Origin: Octopus sinensis
Lineage: Eukaryota
Direction of reading: 5' to 3'
DNA length: 64,000 nt
Assembly (NCBI RefSeq): GCF_006345805.1
Contig: NC_042998.1
Location: forward strand, 29,822,001-29,886,000
Position 1 is the stretch's first letter. Each line of letters opens with the position of its first letter. The notes below the pieces were generated by a model. That model saw only the letters and a list, made by a program, of their open reading frames with translations, ran no database searches and was not told the DNA's origin. The translations under genes and the position numbers were made by a program. Shown here in pieces: positions 49,600 through 62,386 of the stretch.

Positions 49600-50780
49600 G
49601 TCCTATGTACTCTTCACGAGTAAGTGAAATCAATAGACGCACACTCCCATTAAACTATTCAATAACTGCTAATCTAAAATCATTATCCGTATATGTAGTT
49701 TCACGTTTTAAATCCTTCTCTCCCTTTTTCAAATCTATAATAGTTTCTAAGGCTCTTCAAAATGTTTCTCTTTATATCCTGACCGCCCCCACACACATAC
49801 ACCACGCTACCATCTTCTCTTCCACATAATCAGTAACTCGGCTTCCGGCCACCACAACTGTCTCCTAGCCTCAAATGCCTTACTAACAGTTATAACAACC
49901 TCCTACACAGTATGATGTGCAGACTCCACCACTCAGTGGGATTCGTACTCACATTGAACTGCTTCTCTTTCGCAGGCGAGGACTACCAGAAAATGATGTG
50001 CCCTAACAGCACCTTATTTTTGGGGGAGGTTGGCTAAGTTGAGGCTAAATCTTTTCAAAACTCACCGACCTCAATCCGGGGCTATACGGCTGCTTTTAGA
50101 TGATTCCCAGCAAACATCTGAGCGCTTTCACCTCAAATGTCAACCCTTTCCCTTCTTTACTTGAATTCATTTCTTCTGTCATCCCAGAAATATCTTTTAA
50201 CATTCCAGACATCTCTGTGTCTCTCAATCATCTCAACCTCACTCACATCATAAGACCTATAAAACAACAGTCACTACTCCTAGCTTGATCTGTGTTACAC
50301 CGAAAAGCCTATCCTTTATTCTCTCTTCATCATTTCCTCAAAGCCGACCCTCGAGCCGCGACTTCGAAACCCATTCACATTATCTGTTCGTGGTCTGTTT
50401 TTACATTCAAAGAGGATATCACATTACCTTATTCAGGCTACTGTAATCCGAGCTTGCCAATTCGTCTCCACCGCTGCTTTCTCATCTACAGAGCAGATAT
50501 CTCACTACGAAGTACATATTATTCCCTTTTTTCCTTACCCATCCTCCTTAACTCAGTCACAAGTTCTTACGTGCTTTCGCTCGCTAACTATTCCCTAATT
50601 TGCACTTCGGCTCATACAAAGAACACCGTAAACTGAAAATTTACCGGTCCGTATCTACCTCCCAAATCCCCTTCCTACAGTTTCTAGATCCATACCTTGT
50701 TCGTGGGGCCTATTGTCGCATCAAATCATTCCCTCACAAGATGCAAATACCCTAGTGTTCACGATTCTCATTTTCTCACC
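49600..50780 (-). mobile_element. Highly decayed LINE RT C-terminal region (RTE-like)
   Basis: Purine-rich minus strand with ARITVA*..CDIL and FEVKALRCLLGII (about 50100-50137). Weak. Confidence 0.4.
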
Positions 50781-50936
50781 TGCACCTCCACCGGTGTCAT
50801 GTATAAGAGCATTTTTATCAAATACACAATTACACGAAGTCACGTTACTACTATATAACTGTCACATTTGAATGACCATTATCAGACTTGAACGCGGCAT
50901 TCGCAAACACATGCCAATACACATAAATATGATAGG

Positions 50937-51256
50937 AGCACTCCGTCGGTTACGACGACGAGGGTCCCAGCTGATACGATCAACGGAAGAGCCTGCTCGT
51001 GAAATTAACGTGCAAGTGGCTGAGCACTCCACAGACACGTGTACCCTTAACGTAGTTCCCAGGGAGATTCAGCGTGGCACACAGTGTAACAAGGCCGGCC
51101 CTTTGAAATACAGGTACAACTCATTTTTGCCGGCTGAGTGGACTGGAGCAACATGAAATAAAGTGTCTTGCTCAAGGACACAACGCGTCGCCTGGAATCG
51201 AACTCACGACCTTACAATCGTGAGCCGAATGCCCTAACCACTAAGCCACGCGCCTT
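50937..51256 (-). mobile_element. SINE head D + tail T2
   Basis: CORE-like head joined at aaaaatgagttgtacctgtatttcaaaggg to the tail seen at 23400-23568. Confidence 0.88.
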
Positions 51257-52352
51257 CACTTACACATAAATATATGACACAGAACTACCACGCAAGCATT
51301 GAGACCACCTTCCAGATGTTTCTCACACAGGGAATACTTCTCCAGACCTCCCGCACAAATACACACACGCACACATGCAAACAAATACGCAGACACACGC
51401 ATACAAAAACACGCACACACACACACACACACTTGAACTTGTATTCCAACTGCTGTCTTAAACGCCTTATCTATATTGCTGTTCAATTTTCGGTCAGTCA
51501 AAATCCAGCATAGACCAACTCCACATGGTTTTATTCTCGCTGCGACTGGACATTTCTGTTAAACATATATTTTTTCTCGTTTCTTCTCATTTTTGTCCTT
51601 TCTTTCCTTACAATAATAATAATAAGAAGAAGAATGTTCCAAATATTAACTCTATCCATTTCCCTGAGCGTTCCTCCTTGATTTTTCTATTTTGTGTTTT
51701 GTTTTTTGTCCTTTTTTCGCCATGTAAACATGATCTTTCATTCGTAAGTCTTTTAACAAAGAGTCCATATACACATAGGATTATCGGAGCGAAATTAATT
51801 TTTAATCAAGAAACACGATTCCTGCACACGTGTAATCATGACACTATCAATGAACCGAAAGTAGTAAATATTTCTGGAATCAAACGTAGAATTTTATTTT
51901 TGTTCAAAAATTTTAATGTATTTAGATAATATATGTATTTATATGTGCGTGGTGGGGGCGAGGTTGTGTTTGTGTGTGTTTATATATCCCGATTTAAAGG
52001 AAGCTGCAATCTGCAGTTCTCCTTTGACGGGTGGCGCTAATTCCATTATTTTTAGCTTTGAACCTTTGTAAATCAACACCAACTAGCTAGAGGGCCCATG
52101 TTTTTAAATGGAAGGATCGGGCATGAAGATTTTATCTCAGCACTTGTGATACCAGTGGGTTGGTAATATCTAAGTGGAGGCTACAAGATTCCATCCAGGT
52201 ATGAGGAGCGCAGGACATTAAAATTGCAGTAGCTTTTAGGGGCACGATACCATACCCAGTTGTTAGAGGTTGGGGTATGCTTGCGAGTGTCTTTTTTTAT
52301 ATCCGTATATAATGCTTATTTTCTACACACTCACACACATGAATATATATAT

Positions 52353-52558
52353 AGCACGAAGTTTTGTCAGTGAACAGGTTACGGTCTCAAAGCGATGAAA
52401 ATATTTTGACAAATTAAATTTAGATATTGAAGTGAATCTAACGGTTTTTGTGTGTTTCTTAAATGGCTTATAAACACCTTCCACGCTGCAATTGTTTACG
52501 GTTCAGCACACACGATCTCAGATCAGGTCACTTGCTATGCAAGTGCATCTCCGTAATA
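52353..52558 (+). repeat. Unclassified ~200-bp repeat, copy 2
   Basis: Aligns to 48884-49072. Confidence 0.8.
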
Positions 52559-52572
52559 TATATATACACATA

Positions 52573-52621
<49 letters not shown>

Positions 52622-53740
52622 AACGTACAAACACACATACTCACACACAAATATGGATGGCCAGTATTGGTCACTTAAATTTATTCAACTGCCGAGTCCC
52701 TGGTTACAAGCTAATCACTCGATGCTTATCTTCTCTCTAATGACCACACCATAATCGCTCATCATTGACGTCACTATCAATATCACCATTATCACCACCA
52801 CCACCACCACGACCATGATCAGGACAATCGCCTTCCATTACCATCATTATCATCATTATCACCATTATCATTGCCTCCACTGTTACTATCATAATAATCC
52901 CCATTATCACGACAGTCGGAACATGTTCGATATTACCATCACTCTCTTCATTCCGCATATAATTTAATACATAGCACCATCAATTTTCCGTAGCATCATA
53001 ATTATACTCTTCCTCATTATTATCAACATTATTATACTCCTGGCCAGCACCACTTACTATCACCACGACCATCATCATCATCACAAATTACTTTGTTCCT
53101 ATTAATAACACAGGTTCTACTAAAACTCATACACGTACATACACACAATAGCCAAGTTGTACACACGTAAACGAATATATCCTCATACGTGAGAGCATTT
53201 GTGTGTATGCGCATTTCTATGTGCGAGTGTATAAATGTAAGTTATTGTATGCATATGCTTTTATACTTGGCTAAATATCGACTGCATCTGAGATGGAGAA
53301 ATGAAAAAGAAGGAAATGCTTAGTTGGAACCATTTCTTATCCGTTCTATCACACTGTGCTGATTCGTAGGCCAAACCATTAGAGAACAACGAAAGCAATT
53401 GTAGCAGTTTTGTGTTCTTAAATAACAAAATATCGGCTTTTACAGTTGTATAGATATTAAATATTGGCCTCAATTTGATACGGAAAATAGCAAAGAGTGG
53501 ATGTTTGTTCCATTCCATCAGAAACTGGGCCATAAAAATGATATTTATTGAATCGTAGTAGTAAATATATATTTGTGATTACACACACACACACAATACG
53601 TATGTATGTTTGTGTGTATGTACCTGTGTGTGTGTGTGCAAAATTTTATATGTATGTTTGTTCTTTTCAAGTCTTAATTATTTGAAGACTTCCTGTAAAT
53701 AAGGAGCTGTTTTCTAACAAAGAGGCAAATCTTCATCATT

Positions 53741-54075
53741 GAGACCCTCTTCGGTCATGACTGACCGTGGGATTGCACCTACACATTTACTCTCCCAGGT
53801 ACAAGTCCGGGCAAGGTTGTTTATGGAAGACCAGTAGTCGCCCATGCATACCGGCCTCCCTCTCTCCACGCCGCGAGTGTTATCCAAGGGAAAGGCAAAG
53901 GTTGATACTGCTTGGCAACTGTGACGTCGCAAGTCAATTCTACAGTTGAGTGAACTGGAGCAACGTGAAATAAAGTGTCTTGCTCAAGAACACACCACGC
54001 AGCCCGGTCCGGGATACGAACTCACATCCTCACGATCGTAGGCTCGACGCTCTAACCACTGACCCATGCGCCTTC
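53741..54075 (-). mobile_element. SINE head D + tail T3
   Basis: Reverse complement of 6151-6487. Confidence 0.9.
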
Positions 54076-54736
54076 ACATTAGAATGTAAATAATAAAAAT
54101 AATGCATGTTTATTTGTCTTGCTTACAGATCGTATTTTTAACGTGTAGATTAACTAGCTATTATTTTCTTTTCTTTGAAAATACACAACACTTTTCCAGA
54201 TTGTCTCATGGGCATTATTAACAAAACTAAATACACCAATTATTCTTGGCTTGTATGCGAAACCATTATCACGGTACAGAAGTTGAAAGTTTAGAAGCAG
54301 TTGTCCGAAACAGTTGATTTTCAAAGACGTATTCCCATTAGCAATGTATTTGGTCCCTATAATGTTATATTCCCTTTTTTGTTTGTCACAAACAATTAAG
54401 TCCGTCCTGTTTTGGTTCCACCGAGAAAAGGTTTTGAAAGAAATATTTCACCCCTATTCTTTGTGTTGATGTTTATGCATGATTTAATAACAGGAGAATT
54501 TGCCATATTTCTCCTGTGATAGTCTTTTTTTTTTTCGGATCGCATCGAATATTGTTTTAGGAACGACATCATATTACATTGGGGAGTAGTGCAGTTGATG
54601 TATTTGCAATCGTTAAGCGGGTGTTTAGAAAGTGTGTATGCGAAGAGGTAAGAGCAAGCGTTAGTGTCCGGTATAAAGAAATCGGTGAAGCAAATAGGAG
54701 GATTGTAAGAGGTGTGTGGAAAGTATTATTGAAGTA

Positions 54737-55323
54737 CAGGGTGCGGCAAAAGTAACGTCCTTTTTTTGTTTATTAACTTTTATTGAACAAAAATAAATTA
54801 CAGAAGTTTAACAAAATTTAAAATGTATTGTCTCATCAAAACAACATGATCTTTTATAATTAACAAACTAATCAATATTTTCAAAATGCTCCTTTTTGTG
54901 TTCAATACAACGCTGAACCCTGTCAGCAACACTTCTACAAACAATTTGACACATTTCTATGTTAATATTTGTCAAAAAAAATTATCAGAAATTGCTTGTT
55001 TTAATTGAGGAAGTGTTTTCGGTTTAAGCTTGTAAACATCATTTTTCAGTACACTCCACAAGAAAAAGTCAGGTGGTGTTAGATTTGGTGATCGTAATGG
55101 CAACTCAGTTACTTCACATTGTCCTATCCACCACCACTCAAATGTAAAATTTAACCATTCCCCAACACTTCACTCGCAGTAGGTGAAATAAAGAGAAAGA
55201 AACGATGCATTATAAAATACATACAAAATTATATAAAATGAAATTAATAAAAAAAAGTAGAAATCTATAAAATAGAAAACTATAAAAACGAATAAAAGGG
55301 GGCGTTACTTCTGCAGCAACCTG
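54737..55323 (-). mobile_element. Non-autonomous Tc1/mariner derivative with TA TSD
   Basis: TA|cagggtgcggcaaaagtaacgtcc ... ggggcgttacttctgcagcaacctg|TA; minus strand WIGQ..LPLRSPNLTPPDFFLWSVLKNDVYKLKPKTLPQLKQAI..RVQRCIEHKKEHFE. Confidence 0.9.
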
Positions 55324-55425
55324 TATATACAGGTGTAAAGCAAAAATATGAAGAGATGTGACGATGTTTATTTAAGAGTGAGGGAAGTCACACACTTAGG
55401 TGAGTGAAAAGGTAGTAAAGGAGGA

Positions 55426-55800
55426 AGCACTCCGTCGGTTACGACGACGAGGGTTCCGGTTGATCCGAATCAACGGAACAGCCTGCTCGTGAAATTAACG
55501 TGTAAGTGGCTGAGCACTCCACAGACACCTGTACCCTTAACGTAGTTCTCGGGGATATTCAGCGTGACACAGAAGGTGACAAGGCCGGCCCTTTGAAATA
55601 CAGGTACAACAGAAACAGGAAGTAAGAGTGAGAGAAAGTTGTGGTGAAAGAGTACAGCAGGGATCACCATCCCCTGCCGGAGCATCGTGGAGCTTAGGTG
55701 TTTTCGCTCAATAAACACTCACAACGCCCGGTCTGGGAATCGAAACCGCGATCCTATGACCACGAGTCCACTGCCCTAACCACTGGGCCATTGCGCCTCC
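55426..55800 (-). mobile_element. SINE head C + tail T2, full length
   Basis: Reverse complement of 23231-23568. Confidence 0.92.
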
Positions 55801-56238
55801 GGGAAAAGGTGGTAGCATATGCAACATCTGTGAACAGATGAAAGATCGAAGAAATAGGTAAAAGTTACATAATATTGGTAAAGTAAACTGGGAATATGTA
55901 GGAAGGAGCACAAATAAGCTGTGATGTAGATGCTAGTAAAATACAGAGATGAAATAACGAACAGCTGATTATCCTGATGTAACGTACGTGGCGTAAACAT
56001 AAAATAGCAGTGGAAATAGTCAATGTCTCATTTGAGAGAGAAGAGTAAATAGTTGTGTATGAGAGTGTATTTGGTTGATAAGCTAAAGAGTTAGTAGTGG
56101 TCAAGCAGAGGTGACAGAGAAGAATGATGTGATTCACAGCTGTCAAACAATACAGGACAAGCAAAACTGCGAAGGGCAAATGTGTGTGGGCAACCTGCCC
56201 GTGTGTGTGCGTAAGCGCGTATTAAGGCTAATATATAT

Positions 56239-56308
<70 letters not shown>

Positions 56309-56466
56309 CAAAGAGAGTTAGAGGGTGTGAATCCAACCAACTAAGGGATATCCAATATACTTCTGGCAGAATACCTAATTAAATCACAAGTGTTGGTTAT
56401 TGCGTGGCAATTACCTTACTGGTTATAATAACTGGGCGAGTGTAATAAGTGGTTTTACCCTTAATT

Positions 56467-56716
56467 TATATAGCAAGAAGAAAATGGAAGAGGAATCCAG
56501 AGGTAGCATTCATTAGCTGTTAGACATTATATTATGTCTATTTATTTATTTTAAACAGTTCAGATTATATATATATATACATATATACTAGTAAAGTACT
56601 AGTAATTTCTAGTACTTTACGCGTATATTTATATTAGGAGAACTGTTTTAAATAAAAGGATATAATATGTCTAGCAGCTAATGAATACAATTTCTGGATT
56701 CCCTCCAGTTTCTTCT

Positions 56717-56726
<10 letters not shown>
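56467..56726. repeat. About 260-bp fold-back palindrome flanked by (TA)n
   Basis: gcaagaagaaaatgga...ggaatccaga...attcattagctg.tagacat is mirrored at 56660-56720; central perfect stem gtaaagtactag/ctagtactttac, loop 56603-56608. Confidence 0.85.
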
Positions 56727-56764
<38 letters not shown>

Positions 56765-57110
56765 AATGAGGGTATTTAGACATTTTACAGGGATATTTTA
56801 TCCACGATACACTGGTTTAATATATTGTATTTTGAAGAGATATTTCTTCAATGAATATAAAATATCGTAAAATCTCAAATGTTATTCTTAAGTTTGAAAA
56901 CAGAGATCTAATGGACACAAATGAATTTATTAATTAACATATTCACCCTACAAATGTTTTATTTCACAAAGAAAGTTAAAATTACAAAATATATATATAT
57001 TACTTTGCAGTTTAAAATACCTTGGATGGAAAATCATCAAGGTGTACAAACGTGAGTACAAGAATTACATTATGAACCGTTGGAAGACTCAGAATGTATA
57101 ATCATATATA

Positions 57111-57142
<32 letters not shown>

Positions 57143-58109
57143 AAGAGAGAGAGAGGGGGGAGTGTGTGTGTATCACAATTGCTTACGGTGTACTATTCCT
57201 CAAAGAATCTTTGAAATTAGACATGACTACTTATGAGGCTCTTACGTCTTGTACAATGCATGTGTCCAGTTAAGAAACACTCGGCCCGGGTGGATAGGGT
57301 CATAACTGATGTAGTTGTATAAAAATCTCTATTCCTACCAATGCAAACGCATATTTACTTTTCTGAGAGGTCAGTGCAATTCTTCCGTCTGTGTACTCTG
57401 CATTGCTTTCGAATTACTCTGTTAGCTAAACATTTCTGAGTACTTTCTCCTGACCGATTCATAGGTACTTTGCGTTAATTCGAACTAGGAATCTTTCAAG
57501 TATTTGATTCCTTTTTTACATTGTTCATAATCTACATAAATATAATTACAATTTTACTAACGTCTAAATTGCTACATTTAAATACCTAATCGTTTATCTG
57601 TGATTCGGAGTTTGTTAAGTTCAAACATTACTGAAAATACACGATTCTATTGTCTCACCAAAGAAGCAAACACACAGAACATTAATTATAACTTTAACTA
57701 GTCTGAAAGAAAATAACTATATTTGATTTTAATTTGCGTAATAAAATAAAACCAATCTTTATCGTCTTTAGATGTAGATATAGCTAAACTCAACAATGTT
57801 ATGTAAAATTAACTTACTTCAAAAGAAAAATATTGTTGTATTTCTTTTTATTCCGTTTCATTAAGATTATCTATTCTTTTATACAATTATTCAATCGTTC
57901 GTCATTTCGTCTTTCAATTATTTGTAAATAATTGCACAACCACCTTCTTCCGTTAAATTTGTTTAGAACAGTTGTATTTTAATATCATTTTCTGTGTTTT
58001 TTCTTTATATAATTCTGAGGTTCATTTATCAGACAATTCTAATAATAGTAATAATGATGATGATAATAATAATAATAATAATTATAATAATTATAAAATT
58101 CATAATAAT

Positions 58110-58580
58110 GGCAAATGAGGGACATGAAGAAAATGGATACCAACTGACCAGACATAGGGAATCAGACATTGTTAAGGTGAATAAAAAAGAAAGAACATGA
58201 ATTATTATCGATATAGCATGCCCCGGTGACAATAGGATCAATGTAAACAAAGAAGAAAAAAATAAACTATGGCGGTTTAAAGCGGGAAATACGAAGGTTG
58301 TGGTCAATGAAGAGAGTAGACATGATACCAATAGCAACTGGTGCACTTGGAAGTATCAGCAGTTAACTATCACCATGGCTGAAAAGATTGGTGCAAGTTG
58401 TGAAGGTAGAACACCTACAATAATCAGCATTGGTCGGAACTGCAAGAATTCTTCGCAGGATTCTTAAAGCATGACTAGTTAACAAGTGTCACCTTAGGCT
58501 GCTGGCTGCGGACAGCTGACTCTTTCCAACATACGAAGCAAAATAAGCTGTAAGTTTTCATATAAGAATAATAATAATAA
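58110..58580 (+). mobile_element. R4/Dong-like 3' end (RLE domain + 3' UTR), flanked by (TAA)n
   Basis: SDIVKVNKKER..IIDIACPGDNRI..LKREIRRLW..IPIATGALGSIS..VGTARILRRIL*; aataataataat on both sides. Confidence 0.85.
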
Positions 58581-59280
58581 TGAGCTTGAGGAAATGGACA
58601 GGAAGCCTAGAGAAGAGATGACTTTTAACAAGGAACTACATCCCAAAAGCAACACTGAGGGGCTGTATGTGCCTAGGAAGAAGCCTAATAGGATGCAAGA
58701 TTTTTTTTGACAACGAGAACAGTCTGGGATGGTTCATTAAAAAACATAGTGGATCCTTGCTTGCCGAGAATGTAATGCACCCACAAACTTTTAAGAAACA
58801 AGAATAAAGAATTGGAAAATGAAATCACTGGATGGGCATTACTCCAGAGAAATCAAAGGAAAGAACAAGATCAACACATAGAGATGGCTAAGAAAAAGTG
58901 CTCTGAAAGGAAGGGATGAATTGAAGCATCACCCACGAACAAGCTCTGAGAACTAATTACACCAAATTCCAAATAGACAAGAACAGCGAATCGCTGTTTG
59001 TAAGATGTGTGACAGTAAAAACGAAACAGCTTCACACATTTTGAGTGAGTGAGTGTAGCAAGCTGGCCCAAAAGTGCTGCAAAAGGAGGAACGATAACGT
59101 GGCTAAGTTTGTCCACTGGGGGCTACGTAAAAAGTACGGCTTAAACAGAGAAATGGTACGAACGTGAACCAGAAATTACCGACAGCAATGAATATAGAAT
59201 ACAGTGGGATTTTACAATCCAATGTGACTCCGTAATCGATGCTCAGAGATCAGATATTATTGTGGTAGATGAAGGTAGAT
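58581..59280 (+). mobile_element. R4/Dong-like fragment (thumb, CCHC, start of RLE)
   Basis: ELEEMDRK..ELHPKSNTEGLYVPRK..EQALRTNY..MCDSKNETASHILSECSKLAQK..RNDNVAKFVHW..WYE.EPE..IQWDFTIQCD..RSDIIVVD. Confidence 0.88.
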
Positions 59281-59809
59281 GTTTTTTCAACATCCCTAAA
59301 CAACACTTATTCAGGAACCTTTTGAGCAAGGTCATGCGCTGTTTATCAAATCTCCATATTGCGCACATGTGCTTGTGATGCAGGTGACAGATGGATAGTT
59401 GTGATGTCTTTACAGGGCTTCGTATATTTTCCCCCTAGTGTTACTTTGATGCCATGCACTGCTCTCTCACTCAATAATCGAAAGTGAGGAGGAGAAGGAA
59501 GAGGATAAAAAAGATCGCAGATGAGATGATAATTAGAAGATGATAATAATATGAAAACTTTGGACTAAACAAAATTTTGAGTGATGGAAAGTGCAACAGT
59601 TGTTAGCTTCTGAGGGTCACAGAACATCTCATCTGTCTTAATATTAGTGAATATCTATAGCATTTGAGAAGGTGGTTCGTAATCAATATGCCAAAGGTCA
59701 CAGAACTTCTCTCTCTCTCTCTCTCTCTGTAGAGTATTTTACATTTGAGTGAAAAAATTTCCCTTATGTAAAAACACATTTCGTATGGTTCCCATTTCAC
59801 TCATTACTG

Positions 59810-59846
<37 letters not shown>

Positions 59847-59848
<2 letters not shown>

Positions 59849-60076
59849 TTCTTTACTGCCCTCAAGAGGCTAAACATAGAGGGGACAAACAAGGGCAGAC
59901 AAAGGGATTAAGTCGATTACATCGACCCAGTGCAAAACTGGTACTTTATTTATCGACCCCGAGAGGATGAAAGGCAAAGTCGACCTCGGCGGAATTTGAA
60001 CTCAGAACGTAACGGCAGACGAAATATGGCTATGCATTTCGCCCGGTGTGCTAACGATTCTGCCAGCTCGCCGCCT
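59847..60076 (-). mobile_element. SINE A monomer
   Basis: Matches 1606-1834. Confidence 0.9.
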
Positions 60077-60299
60077 CACAACATATATATAGCCGATACA
60101 TGGCTGTATGTATATATGTATGTATGAACGTATATGTATTTGTGTGTGTATGCGTGTGTGTGTGTGTGGTGTGAGTGTGTGTGCCATTCTATCTATGTTT
60201 GTCCTACACTACCTCTTGACAATTAATGTTGATGTGTTTATATCCTGTAACTTACAATTTCAGCAAAAGTGACATTATAAATAAATAAATACCGGGCTT

Positions 60300-60632
60300 C
60301 AAGCTTGAAATTGGAAGAATTTGGTCCCTCAAATTTAGAAATCGGAAGAATTTGGAACAAGCGAATAGTAAAGGTCGCGGCTATAGCAATTGGTGCGGTG
60401 GAAAAAGTAAGCCTAGATATAAACAAATGGCTGAAAGAGATTGAGATACAATGCCCGGTAGAGCTCCGACAGAAAGTTTGTCTCTTAGGGACAGCAAGGA
60501 TTATCAGGAATCTTCTAAGAACTTGAAATACTGCTGAAATCTTGTGAGTAGATAAGGTTACAGATAGTAATCCACTATCCACAGAATTCCTACCAGGAAT
60601 AAGACCAAGTCAAGTGAAAATGATAATAATAA
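60300..60632 (+). mobile_element. R4/Dong-like 3' end, ending in a TAA tail
   Basis: LEIGRIWNKRIVKVAAIAIGAVEKV..WLKEI..LRQKVCLLGTARIIRNLLRT*; ends gataataataat. Confidence 0.82.
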
Positions 60633-60919
60633 TTTCAGGGGTCTATTTGTTACACTAAACACTCCAAGGTAGTGCCCAAGCATGGCCGTAGTCCAATGAC
60701 TGAAACAAAAGATAAAAGACATCAATGGAATTATTTGTTTGTTATAGTTCTGTTTGTTATACAGAGCCCCTGTTCAAGATGTAGTTTTGCAATGGCTCTT
60801 CTTTTGGAAGAATAGCTGTTTTCACGCATTTTTATTTCTTGACGCTATGGTTCTTGTGACGTCCTCACGAAAGCAAAATCGAGACAGATTGGTACATATG
60901 TATCACCATATTTGCATTT

Positions 60920-61620
60920 AGTATGCAAAAGTTACTTCCTAGTGTCATCCAACTAAAACAGAGACCTTGGAGTAATTGCTGATAACAATCTAAGGTGGAG
61001 GTCCCACGTTATCAGCAAGGTCGACTCGGTCCGCAAGATGTGCACCTGGATTGTGAGAAATTTCCGGTCTAGAGATGCATGGAACATCATCCTTCTCTAC
61101 TCTACTTTTGCCCGACCCCACCTTGAATACTATTGCCCACTGTGGTCCTCCCATACGAAGCAACGCATTAGGACAGTGGAAGCATTCCAGAGATCAATAA
61201 CAAGAAAGACAGGCGGCATGAGAGACATTTTCTATTGGGGTCGACTATAAAAAACTAAATCTCTACTCTCCAACGCCACCGGGAGCGCTACATCATTTGT
61301 GTGATGTGGAATATATTCCATCAATATTGCACAAATGATGTTGGCATCAATTTTAAAATCCATCGAAGACTTGACCCCGTGCTATCTACCCACTACAAAA
61401 ATCGAACTCGGTACACAGAGCATTATTTCCCAATTACTTTACCTCAACCGGTCCAGCTTTCTTTATTGCCATAACAAAATAGGCTAAAACAGAAATGGAT
61501 CCCATAAAAGTCATAAGTTTTCTGGACGAATTACTTCAAAACCTCCCGGACCAACTTCATACACCCAGATATATCTCCAACAATAACACTTTGCTAGGGT
61601 AGGCCATGGCGCCCCATATA
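60920..61620 (+). mobile_element. CR1/L2-group LINE 3' fragment
   Basis: WIVRNFRSRD..LLYSTFARPHLEYYCPLWS..VEAFQRSITR..YWGRL*KLNLYS..RHRERYII..FLDELLQNLPDQ. Confidence 0.88.
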
Positions 61621-62046
61621 TGACTAAAATACTTCAGCAGGCGGTACTATTAATTTAGATATGGCCAGGGTCTATACTGGCTGAAACCTATCAAAGTTAT
61701 ATACAAAATATCATCTGCCACTCCGGTCTCGTATAGCATATATCGAACATGAAAGAACGAAATTCACCTCACTGAGATTAGAAATCAGAGTGGCATGACT
61801 GGAAACAAATGGTACGAATCTGTTAGTCTTTCTAATGACTTTACCAATTTGTTTTCTATAGGTATGTACACTCTCATACTCGTACGCCCCCTCCCACCAT
61901 TTCCACAATATCAATACACATTATAGTCATGGACCAGTGGTCGGCTTTAACTACTCTCCGTTAATAAGTATAGTCTGAGCGTCTGCACATATATTGCTCG
62001 TGAAGCTATAAGTAAAGGAATTTGATATGACGCTCATCAGCTATAT

Positions 62047-62079
<33 letters not shown>

Positions 62080-62094
62080 TTGTATATATAATAT

Positions 62095-62246
62095 ATATGT
62101 GTGTGTATATGTGCATATACATGCGTGTAGGCGTATGTGTGTATAGGTATGTATATAAATATATATAAGTATATATATATATATATAAATATCCATACCT
62201 ACACACGCCTACACGCATGTATATGCACATATACATACATACATAG

Positions 62247-62277
<31 letters not shown>

Positions 62278-62322
62278 ATATATATTCATACCTATAAACA
62301 CACGCCTACACGCATGTATATG

Positions 62323-62345
<23 letters not shown>
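62095..62345. repeat. About 45-bp unit present once inverted and twice direct within a TA tract
   Basis: cacgcctacacgcatgtatatgcac at about 62203 and 62301; its reverse complement at about 62110-62135. Confidence 0.85.

Positions 62346-62386
<41 letters not shown>

Noticed and set aside
52720-53100. His/Ile/Met-rich ORFs
   Set aside because: Degenerate (ATC/ACC)n low-complexity sequence.
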